64,000 bases of DNA from Cyanobacteriota bacterium (GTDB taxonomy: Bacteria; Cyanobacteriota; Cyanobacteriia; PCC-6307; Cyanobiaceae): assembly GCA_026389335.1 (NCBI GenBank), contig JAPLIB010000091.1:9246-73245 (forward strand), written 5' to 3'. The notes below the pieces were generated by a model. That model ran no database searches and was not told the DNA's origin. It saw only the letters and a program-made list of their open reading frames with translations. Shown piece after piece: positions 30,654-38,686 of this stretch; the first letter of the stretch is position 1, and every line of letters begins with the position of its first letter. Position numbers and translations under genes: made by a program.

Positions 30654-31550
30654 TCAAAGAGAGGATTTCTTGATCCGGGCACGCAGACGGCGGGAGAAAC
30701 CGAAGGCCGTGCCTACGCCGAGGATGGGAAGAGGCCCTGGCGTATAAACAAGAGGTTGAGATACTCCGGGAACGTACTGCATATAGCTGTTACCCGCCGC
30801 ATCCTGAAGCAGGTAGGCATTGCCTTGCGAGATATTTTGCCATTCTTGCGCCAACTGCTTAACACTATAGGTCCAGCCAGCCGGCAGACCCAAAATCGTG
30901 TCCATATAAGCAACATCTTGAAGGTCATCAATTGTCAGGCTTGGCACGAGGAATCTCGCGTAGGACTGCATCACGTAGAGATTTCCGGATGGATCTGTCA
31001 ATTGATAGACCAAATTGCCTGCGTTATAAGTCCACGTCGCATTCCTTTGCACATCCGATGGTATGTATGCATCACCAGTAATATTTGTATTGAAAGCAAC
31101 GAATCCGAATATGGTATCATCAGGCAAATTTGGCACATCAAGCTCAAGATATGTCGTGGTAGTGGGAACTATTTGCTCAGATGCTGAATTGTAAACCCAG
31201 TTGCGCGGCCAATCCTGGATGGTTCCAGGGATAATCGCACCCGCAGGCAAATTATAAGAGTTCCCGACCGGAAACGCTTTGTTGTAGGCGTCTACAACAG
31301 CAGCACTTGTCAAGGTTGAATAATTAGAACAATCATCATAGCCTGTAGTGTTGAATACAGGTCTACCCTGTGTAGATGTCGGCACATTCAAAAGAACCTC
31401 ACAGTATTGGAAATTATATAGATTTGAAACGGGTGTTGGGCCTGAAGATTCTGGGTATGTGACGGCCGCCAACGCAGCAGAAGCCGAAAAAAGAGTAGTC
31501 GCGAGCAAGGCGGCTTGTGTTGCTTTGGCAACAAGATAACGGCATACCAT
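30654..31550 (-). CDS. Exported protein with cyanobacterial PEP-CTERM-like sorting signal
   Basis: Signal peptide (ALLATTLFSASAALA); C-terminus PGPLPILGVGTAFGFSRRLRARIK. Confidence 0.8.
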   Translation of the reverse strand: MVCRYLVAKATQAALLATTLFSASAALAAVTYPESSGPTPVSNLYNFQYCEVLLNVPTSTQGRPVFNTTGYDDCSNYSTLTSAAVVDAYNKAFPVGNSYNLPAGAIIPGTIQDWPRNWVYNSASEQIVPTTTTYLELDVPNLPDDTIFGFVAFNTNITGDAYIPSDVQRNATWTYNAGNLVYQLTDPSGNLYVMQSYARFLVPSLTIDDLQDVAYMDTILGLPAGWTYSVKQLAQEWQNISQGNAYLLQDAAGNSYMQYVPGVSQPLVYTPGPLPILGVGTAFGFSRRLRARIKKSSL

Positions 31551-31716
31551 TTGGAAATCTGAAACTGTGCACCTTCTAGCAGAGAAAGTGACTATCCGGC
31601 CACTCCTTGACAATAAAGATCTCTAATACCCCCATTTGGGGAGGGGGGATCCCATCCAGCCCCGTTGGTCAGCCTTGCCGTGCTATAAACATGAAAACTA
31701 TTTAAGTCAAGCAATC

Positions 31717-32964
31717 ATGGTAAAAACCAAGTCTCAACTAAAAGTCTTGTCCTCAATTACGATGAACTCCCAAGAGCCTTGGGACGCCACTAAGTTTTTC
31801 CAAAGCTACCTCTGCAGACTAGAACGTTCCTTTATTCCCGATCAAGCTCGCTCCACAACGAGGTTCTTTTCCCCATGGGCCTATGCCCCTAACGGCGTCA
31901 CAAGCACGGGCTTTGTTCAGGGTATAGGGGAAGGTACTAAAAAGAACACTTACACCATTGTAGGCACCTACGGACAGTTGGATAATGGGGCTTTAGGGGT
32001 TATCTATCAAGGGGCGATCAACGGCACCAATACCACTCAAGGTTCTGGACCTGGCACCTGGACCACGATGGTAGTGCCCAAAAAGTTTGGATCCCTGGGC
32101 ACCAGTATCTATGGGGTGCACAAAAATGCTGATGGTAAGTTCAACTTGGTTGGCACCTACGTCTCGGCCAGTCAAACCTTCAATCTGTCAGGGACTGAGG
32201 TTAACAGCACACTTGCATTCTATTATAAAGGAAAGATTACAAGCACCCCCAGGAACAATGACTTTAAAAGCTTTCAGGCACGTGACCCAATTACCGGTGA
32301 CCTAGCTGACGAAACTTATCTCCATAGTGTAAGCGGCCGCCTGGCTGCGGGCAACTATGACCTCTTTGGTGAAGGCCAAGACATCGGCACGGCCTTCGTT
32401 GTTGACATCAAGAGCGGCAAGCAAACCAATCTCAAATATAAAGATTCTGCGCTTTCCCATAGTGTTTATGGAATCTGGTCTAATAACTATCGGCACTACA
32501 CCGTAGCCGGGGGCGAATCGGATGTGTTCAGTAAGCAGCCTGGGACTGATAATGGTCCTTCATTTTCTTCGCCAAGGGCAATTGGCGAAGCCACCTTGGC
32601 TGATTACGATTCCATTACAGGCAAGGTGACAAATACTCGTACTTACCGCTACCCCGGCCAGGGTGACAGCACCTACGAAACCCATTTCGAAGGAATTTGG
32701 TCTGACGGTAAGGGACTCTACAAGCTTCCATTCTTTGCCTATGGACCCGACAATCTATTCGTTTCAGGGTTGGCGATAGTGAACCGTCAAAAGAATGGTA
32801 ACTTCAATTCTGAAGCTACCTGGATCACTTTTGATAACCCACCTGGGGGGTACAGCCGCTTCGCCTCCTCCGTTTGGGATGAGGCCAGTCTTGGCTCCCT
32901 ACCCAACACTTCTGACCCCTCGCAACCTGCCTCGAGTTATGCAGCTATTACACATATTTTTTAA
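31717..32964 (+). CDS. Hypothetical Gly/Thr/Ser-rich beta-strand protein (start uncertain, 31717 or 31762)
   Basis: Over 400-codon ORF in low-GC DNA; recurring T/S-x-Y-G-I/V motifs. Confidence 0.7.
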   Translation: MVKTKSQLKVLSSITMNSQEPWDATKFFQSYLCRLERSFIPDQARSTTRFFSPWAYAPNGVTSTGFVQGIGEGTKKNTYTIVGTYGQLDNGALGVIYQGAINGTNTTQGSGPGTWTTMVVPKKFGSLGTSIYGVHKNADGKFNLVGTYVSASQTFNLSGTEVNSTLAFYYKGKITSTPRNNDFKSFQARDPITGDLADETYLHSVSGRLAAGNYDLFGEGQDIGTAFVVDIKSGKQTNLKYKDSALSHSVYGIWSNNYRHYTVAGGESDVFSKQPGTDNGPSFSSPRAIGEATLADYDSITGKVTNTRTYRYPGQGDSTYETHFEGIWSDGKGLYKLPFFAYGPDNLFVSGLAIVNRQKNGNFNSEATWITFDNPPGGYSRFASSVWDEASLGSLPNTSDPSQPASSYAAITHIF

Positions 32965-33081
32965 ACTTATTTAAGCTGCACATGCCCTGGCAGGGCAGGA
33001 GTGAATTGGGATCATCTCCTAGTGGGGAGGGCTACCATCCTATCCCGATCACCACGCTGCAGCAGGGGTGAGCAAGGTTGA

Positions 33082-33282
33082 TCAGGCTGCTGGATGTTTT
33101 GGCACACAATACGCTGGCCTCCCAGTGCAGCCGTCCGCGAAAGGCACGGATCTCACCCTGCTGCTGCAGCCGCATCTGGGTGTGCTGGCCTAGTTCCACC
33201 GTTTCGTGTTTGCAGCGTGCCCCGAGGCCTGCATCGCCTGCCGCATCAGGGCGTCGTCGATGACGATGTTGAGGTCCGTCTT
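33082..33282 (-). pseudogene. VapB-type antitoxin remnant
   Basis: Two frames join to give NIVIDDALMRQAMQASG / ARCKHETVELG...RLQQQGEIRAFRGRLHWE; one frameshift, no start, no toxin partner. Confidence 0.7.
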
Positions 33283-33466
33283 GGTGGCCCCCGAGAATCA
33301 TCCATGGCGTGGGCCAGCGCCCCTAACCACTCCAAACAGCGGCCCGGGCCAGTCCAGAGCCAACCACCTCAATGAGTCCGCGTCCATAAGCGTTGAAGAT
33401 CAATATCCCTAATGGGTGGTTTGATTAAAAACTCACCCTCATTTATGGGTTAGTAATCCAGTCCGT

Positions 33467-34081
33467 TTAGGGCACCTGAAAAATTAACAAGCCACTTCCT
33501 TTAGGTATGAACCCGATCATTATTTGCTAAGAGTTAATTGGAAAAACTATCCGCAAAACCTTTTCACGGCTATAGCTTGTTTCTTTCTGATTTCGATTGA
33601 TCGATCGCTCAACCCCAGCTGAAAGCGCGATTTCGGCTATTTTTGTGTTACGCGCTTCTGTTTGCTTTTCCAGGGCCACGCCTTTGGGCGGCATTCTGTT
33701 CATATCGCCTCCATCGCTGGCTACCCCTGCGGAGAAGGCTGCGCCAAGAGCAGGTTGCCCAGGCGGATCAGCTTGTAGGAAATCACATTCAGGCCAAATA
33801 CGGCGCTGACGTTCTCATGGCCGCGCAGTATGAACTGCACAGCCCGCCGAGTGCCTTGATCCAACCGAACACCTTTTCGATGCCACGGCGGTCATTGATC
33901 GACTTGGCATAGCTCACATGGCGGGTGGTGTGGATCGAAATAGCCGGTAAATAAGCTGAAATCAGCTCGCTTCAGGCCAGCGATACTCATCAATAGTTCA
34001 ATCCGAGTAAAAGAGGGCCATGGCAAGCATTCTGGACCTGTTGCCCAGAGCTTCTTAAGGGCACCTCGAAAAATCAACAAG
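33467..34081 (+). repeat. Two orphan IS-end copies in direct orientation
   Basis: TTAGGGCACCT-GAAAAATTAACAAG (33467) and TTAAGGGCACCTCGAAAAATCAACAAG (34055); share AGGGCACCT with the IS5 end at 28071. Confidence 0.7.
33721..33935 (-). mobile_element. 3' fragment of another IS5-family transposase
   Basis: HTTRHVSYAKSIN.RRGIEKVFGWIK, then after frameshifts LRGHENVSAVFGLNVISYKLIRLGNLL*. Confidence 0.75.
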
Positions 34082-34129
34082 ATACTTGATTCTGGCCTGA
34101 TCCCGATTATGATTGGTTGAGTAATTATC

Positions 34130-35251
34130 ATGCCAACAGTGGTTCAGAGGGAGCCAATGCCCCCACGTCAGCGTGACCTTAACTTGCCCTCACCGATCGC
34201 TGCGGAGGACCTGCTGCCGACGACAAGGATTGCGGGACATCAGAAACGGCCCAGCGTGGCGATCGCCGTTTGCACCCATGGGCCAGATCTCGGCCTACTG
34301 GCAAAGCTGTTTACCGCTCTTGATCGCATCCTGGAGTGCAGCGCCGTTGCTGAGGTGCTGATCGTCGACAATGGCTCGCCACACCCCGTGGCGGCCAGTG
34401 CTCCATTGCTCTGGCTTCAGGCTCGCCACCCCCAAGTGCGGTGCGTGCTGGAGGACCGACCCGGCCTCACCCAGGCTCGCTGCCGAGCGATCCGCGAAAC
34501 AACGGCCGATCTGTTGATCGGCTTTGACGACGACAACGAACCGGCGGCCGACTACGTCGCCCAGGTCACGGCCTATGCCGCCCATTACCCCGAGGTGGGC
34601 GTCTGGGGGCCGGGCCACATCGCGGTGATCTTCAGCCAGGAACCGGACCCCTGGATTCAGCGGCACCGCGCCTGCTTTCAGGAGCGCCAGCTACCGTTCG
34701 CCATCTCCACGGTGCCGCCACCGCTTGGCGCTCCCTGGGTCACGGGTACGGGCTTTGCCGTGCGGCGGCCGGTGCTGGAGGCCTATCGCCTGGCGGTGGA
34801 GCGCGGCGAGCTGGCTGCCAGCGATCGCACCGGGGCAGGTCTGCAGAGTGGCGGCGATCTGCAGATCGTGTGGCAAGCCCTGCGGCTGGGACTGGCCCAG
34901 GGCTTCATCCCGGACCTGCGCTGCGGCCACCTGATTCCGCCCGCGCGTGCCAACCTCGCTTACATCCGCCGGCTCGAGTTCGGCGCCGCCGCCAGCTACG
35001 TGCCTGCCCTGCTGGACTGCTTCCCGTACGAGGCAGCCGGCATGCCCGGGGCTCGCCCCCTGGCGTTGCATGGGCTGGCCCTGCTGATCCAGCCCCTGGT
35101 GCGGCTGGCCCGCGGCCGGGAACGAGCACTTGAGTTCCGCATGGCCCGGGCCCGGGCCCTCGGCCACGACATGGGCTTGCTGGCGACCCGCAACCCAGCT
35201 CGCCTGGGGGCCTATCGCCGGCTGGCCCGTTGGAGCGGTGCCTACCCCTAG
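34130..35251 (+). CDS. GT2 glycosyltransferase
   Basis: VAIAVCTH, LIVDNGS, GLTQARCRAI, IGFDDDNEP, SGGDLQI. Confidence 0.85.
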   Translation: MPTVVQREPMPPRQRDLNLPSPIAAEDLLPTTRIAGHQKRPSVAIAVCTHGPDLGLLAKLFTALDRILECSAVAEVLIVDNGSPHPVAASAPLLWLQARHPQVRCVLEDRPGLTQARCRAIRETTADLLIGFDDDNEPAADYVAQVTAYAAHYPEVGVWGPGHIAVIFSQEPDPWIQRHRACFQERQLPFAISTVPPPLGAPWVTGTGFAVRRPVLEAYRLAVERGELAASDRTGAGLQSGGDLQIVWQALRLGLAQGFIPDLRCGHLIPPARANLAYIRRLEFGAAASYVPALLDCFPYEAAGMPGARPLALHGLALLIQPLVRLARGRERALEFRMARARALGHDMGLLATRNPARLGAYRRLARWSGAYP

Positions 35252-36120
35252 TAACCCAGGGAGATGACGGCGGCCTCCAACTGTCGCAGCCATTCACGGC
35301 GTTCGTCGTCCCATGGGAACTGCTCCCGCCGAATGGGGCGCCGCAGCGCCTCCTGGATGCCGGGCTCCGCCCGATCCAGGCCCTGCTCCAGCCCCGCAAC
35401 CAAGCGGCCCAGCTGTTCAGGCTGCTGGTGAATCAGCTCTTCATAGCTGAGCTCCAACTGGGGCGGCAGCGCCCGGCAGCCCTCCTCCAGCCAGGCACGA
35501 TGGCGAGCCATTTCCATGCAGGTCTGCTCCAGGGCCTGCGGATCGAGCAGGCGCTCGAACGGCAAGCCCTGGTGGGTGGTCTCAAGGCCTAGATCGTAGG
35601 CACCGGTGCAGCGGCTGAAATGCAGGGAGGCCGTGGCAGCCTGCCAGTTACGCCGTTGCAGCCGCACCACGAAGGGAGGATCGGGCGTCAGCAGCCCCGC
35701 CTGCCGCAAGGGGCTCAACAGCCGCTCCAGCACCAGCCGATAGGAGCCGCGCCGCTGGAATGGCTGCAGCTTGGTGGCGAAGATGCGCCGGCCACTGAAC
35801 AGGGAACCAGCTGAGCGCTCCCGCACTAGGGTCCGCAGCCAGGCGTGCGACCCCCATCGACCCCAGCGCCCGAGGGCACTGCGATAGAGAGGGTGAGGGT
35901 TGAAATACTCGGTGGGCTTGCCATAGCCCAGCCCCCAGAGGAGCCGGCAGAGATGGAAGGAGCCCACCCGCGGGGGGGCCAGCACGATCAGGAGCTGGGC
36001 CGGTTGCTGCTGGGGAAATCCTTCCATCAAGGCTCCCTGCGGCCTCGGTGAGGAGGCATCGAACCAGGGCGACAGCATTTCCAGCTCCCGCAGCGCCCGC
36101 TGGGCTGGAAGCTCGAGCAT
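35248..36120 (-). CDS. Stf0-like sulfotransferase
   Basis: IVLAPPRVGSFHLCRLL...GKPTEYFNP, FATKL, LQRRN...A.S, LSYEEL. Confidence 0.72.
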   Translation of the reverse strand: MLELPAQRALRELEMLSPWFDASSPRPQGALMEGFPQQQPAQLLIVLAPPRVGSFHLCRLLWGLGYGKPTEYFNPHPLYRSALGRWGRWGSHAWLRTLVRERSAGSLFSGRRIFATKLQPFQRRGSYRLVLERLLSPLRQAGLLTPDPPFVVRLQRRNWQAATASLHFSRCTGAYDLGLETTHQGLPFERLLDPQALEQTCMEMARHRAWLEEGCRALPPQLELSYEELIHQQPEQLGRLVAGLEQGLDRAEPGIQEALRRPIRREQFPWDDERREWLRQLEAAVISLGY

Positions 36121-36193
36121 GGCGGGGGCTTCAGCGGAGGATGCAACAAAAAGCCACCCCCGAAGGGATGGCAAAAGAGCCTAGCTCGCAAAT

Positions 36194-37048
36194 TCAGCTT
36201 ATGAAAATTATCCCTTCGGGACCTGGCTGAGAGGTGCTGAAAACAATTCCAGCCTGTGCCGTGAGAGTACTGGTGCTGCCGTCTGCACCAGTGAAAGTGA
36301 TTTGATTGCCGTTGATTGTATAGAGAATGTTGCCTTGGACCGCGATTTTATCCTCGCCAACCGTGAAGTCTGTGACAAAATCGGTGGCGGCTGCTCCCAC
36401 TTGATCGATGGTGTAGAACAAGGTATCGTTACCTTGGCCCAGGAAGGTTGTGTCGTTACCGGCACCGCCACGCACCAAGTCATTACCAGCACCAGCGTTA
36501 ATCGAGTCGTTACCGGCGCCGCCTCGGATAAAGTCATTGAGACTGGATCCGATCACCGAATCGTTGCCGGTACCGCCTGAAACATAGTTGGCAATTCCTT
36601 CGCCGGGGAGAAGACCACCGGCAGCGGTCGAGATGCTCTCTGCCGGAGAATCGTAGGAATCTCCAACAACGGTTTGGGCCGTATTCACCACGGCACCATT
36701 ATAAGGAACGGTATCATTGCCAAGATTAAACGCTTTGCCCGAATCAGGAATCGGAGCGCCGGTAGCAGTGTCAAAATATTGTATTGATTCAACAACAATA
36801 CCGCCACCGGCAAGCTGAACATCTGCAGCCCCGATGCCGAGATTAACCCTGGTACCAGCACCAGTAACGACAACCTGAGCCGTCTCGCCAGCGGCCACGG
36901 CCTGGGTCGTCCAAGTCACGTCGACTCCTCCCAGTTGAACAGGAGCGGTCGTTGCATTTACATCGGACTTATCTGTGTCTTCGGGCGGAGCCGAAACAGA
37001 CAAGGGATCTGTAAAAACTACAGACGAAGGCAATGAGGGTTCTGACAC
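36194..37048 (-). CDS. Small RTX (Ca-binding nonapeptide repeat) protein, probable type I secretion substrate
   Basis: GGTGNDSVI, GGAGNDSIN, AGAGNDLVR, GGAGNDTTF, LGQGNDTLF; C-terminal TDFTVGEDKI; no signal peptide; GTG start; low GC. Confidence 0.88.
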   Translation of the reverse strand: MSEPSLPSSVVFTDPLSVSAPPEDTDKSDVNATTAPVQLGGVDVTWTTQAVAAGETAQVVVTGAGTRVNLGIGAADVQLAGGGIVVESIQYFDTATGAPIPDSGKAFNLGNDTVPYNGAVVNTAQTVVGDSYDSPAESISTAAGGLLPGEGIANYVSGGTGNDSVIGSSLNDFIRGGAGNDSINAGAGNDLVRGGAGNDTTFLGQGNDTLFYTIDQVGAAATDFVTDFTVGEDKIAVQGNILYTINGNQITFTGADGSTSTLTAQAGIVFSTSQPGPEGIIFIS

Positions 37049-37105
37049 TTGGCTGCGTGAGCGTTGAATGTTTTAAGACTATACCACCCAACACCTGAGG
37101 CTTCG

Positions 37106-37118
37106 CCCCCCCCCCCCC
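37106..37118. repeat. C13 homopolymer (G13 on the RTX coding strand) in the RTX promoter region
   Basis: gcttcg-CCCCCCCCCCCCC-aatatg; an extended -10 TGGTATAGT lies at 37078-37086 on the minus strand. Confidence 0.9.
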
Positions 37119-37333
37119 AATATGCGAACCTCCGGACATTGGCAGTGGCTTTCCACGACTTGTCATCACTGCTTAAGGCAATCTTCACTCTCTCGTCGTG
37201 GGAATCGGCGTCATCTGCAGGCCCGTCCAAGGTCTGGTCGCAAGTCTTTGCAAAATTTCCGTGGCAATGGTCGGCTCCGGCACGGCCTTCCGGTGTGGCA
37301 CTGACCCCAAAATCCCGAAAACGTATCTTCGGG

Positions 37334-38686
37334 TTAGGTGAAACTTCCTGGGAGCTGGCCGTCCGTCATGGGGTGACCCTCTCGCTCCAGTTCCAGGCCC
37401 CGGAACAGCACCCAGCCGCCCAGGCGTCCGATCTCCCGTTCCGGTAGCCACACCAGGTTGGACGGCGCCAGCACCAGCGCCGAACGTCTCAGCCATGGTC
37501 CGAGATGGAGCGGCAGGCGGCAGCCGGTCGGCCGTTCCAGCACCACCAGATCGGCCCGCTCCAACTGCCAGAGGGCATGACGCGAGCGCTCAGCGGCCAC
37601 CGCCAGCCCTGCAGCAGCAAGGGTTTCGGTCACCCGCAGCGGATCCCGACTCGCCACTGGCAGCACCTGAAGCCCCATGGGTAGCACCTCCATCGCCGCC
37701 AGCCACACCAAGGCCTCAGCGGTACGCCCATGCACCAGCAGCACGGGGCCCTTCAGGTCGCGCAGTAGTCCCCGCAGGCGCAACCGCAGATCGAGCGGTG
37801 GCTCCAGCGGTTGCTGCCGCCCCAGGCCTGTACGGGCGGCAGGCCGCAGCCTGGCAAGCCCCGCCATGAAGACCTCATCAGGCGGGAGGGCCTGCACTTG
37901 CCCCAGCTGGTCAAGGGTGCGCCACCCCCCCGCCGTCGCCAAGGCCCGGGCCCTCAGCTTTAGGCCCCAGGAATGGGAGGGAGCAAACATCAGGCCCGCC
38001 TCAGCGCACTCCAGTCCCTCATCGTGAGTACCGCCCTCCACCAGCAGCCGCGCCAGCTGAAACCACATCAACGGCTGGGCCCTGTCGATCGCCAGGCTGC
38101 GGCGGCACCAGAGTTCAGCCCGCCCGGCGTCATCGATCGCCCGGTGGCTCCAGGCGAGCCGGTTGCACAGGGCCGAATCGGGCTCGCCCTGCGCGAGCAA
38201 CGGCACCAGCAACCCCAGGCTGGCCTGGGGCATCCCAACCGCCAGAAGCCGGTCACACAGGGGTAGCACCACGGCTCGGGTCGGCAGCGGTTCCACCAGC
38301 ACGGCCCGCACCGCCGCCTCCAGCAGGGCGGGTTCAGCCCCAGCATCGAGCTGGGTGACCAACGCCTGCCAAGCCGTGGGACCGGCGCTGCCGGAGATGG
38401 CCCGCTCTGCCGGCAGCAACAGAAAGGAGGCCTCGCCCAGCCCCTTCAGCAAACGATCACGATTGGGAGGTACCAGGCTCCAGCCCTGCCAGCGCGCCGC
38501 TGGACCAGCCTCGCCCTGGGCCAGCAGCCGCAGGGCCAGCTCCTCGTATAGCTCCAACTCAAACAGCCCGGCGAGCAGCCCGGCCGCCAGCCGTTCCAGC
38601 AGGGCCTGATCACTGAGGGGGGGCTCCAATCCAGCAGGTTTGGAAGACCTTGTTTCAGGAGCAGAGGCTTCGGGGGAAGGATTCAT
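37334..38686 (-). CDS. TPR-containing protein
   Basis: AELWCRRSLAIDRAQPLMWFQLARLL...GLECAEAGLMFAP; 4-nt overlap with the upstream GT. Confidence 0.75.
   Translation of the reverse strand: MNPSPEASAPETRSSKPAGLEPPLSDQALLERLAAGLLAGLFELELYEELALRLLAQGEAGPAARWQGWSLVPPNRDRLLKGLGEASFLLLPAERAISGSAGPTAWQALVTQLDAGAEPALLEAAVRAVLVEPLPTRAVVLPLCDRLLAVGMPQASLGLLVPLLAQGEPDSALCNRLAWSHRAIDDAGRAELWCRRSLAIDRAQPLMWFQLARLLVEGGTHDEGLECAEAGLMFAPSHSWGLKLRARALATAGGWRTLDQLGQVQALPPDEVFMAGLARLRPAARTGLGRQQPLEPPLDLRLRLRGLLRDLKGPVLLVHGRTAEALVWLAAMEVLPMGLQVLPVASRDPLRVTETLAAAGLAVAAERSRHALWQLERADLVVLERPTGCRLPLHLGPWLRRSALVLAPSNLVWLPEREIGRLGGWVLFRGLELEREGHPMTDGQLPGSFT

Noticed and set aside
33320-33455. Integron attC site (CCCTAAC...GGTTAG) explaining the TA cassettes
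   Set aside because: The right end does not fit GTTRRRY, internal pairing is weak, no similar sites follow the TA genes at 55-59 kb, and no intI is present.
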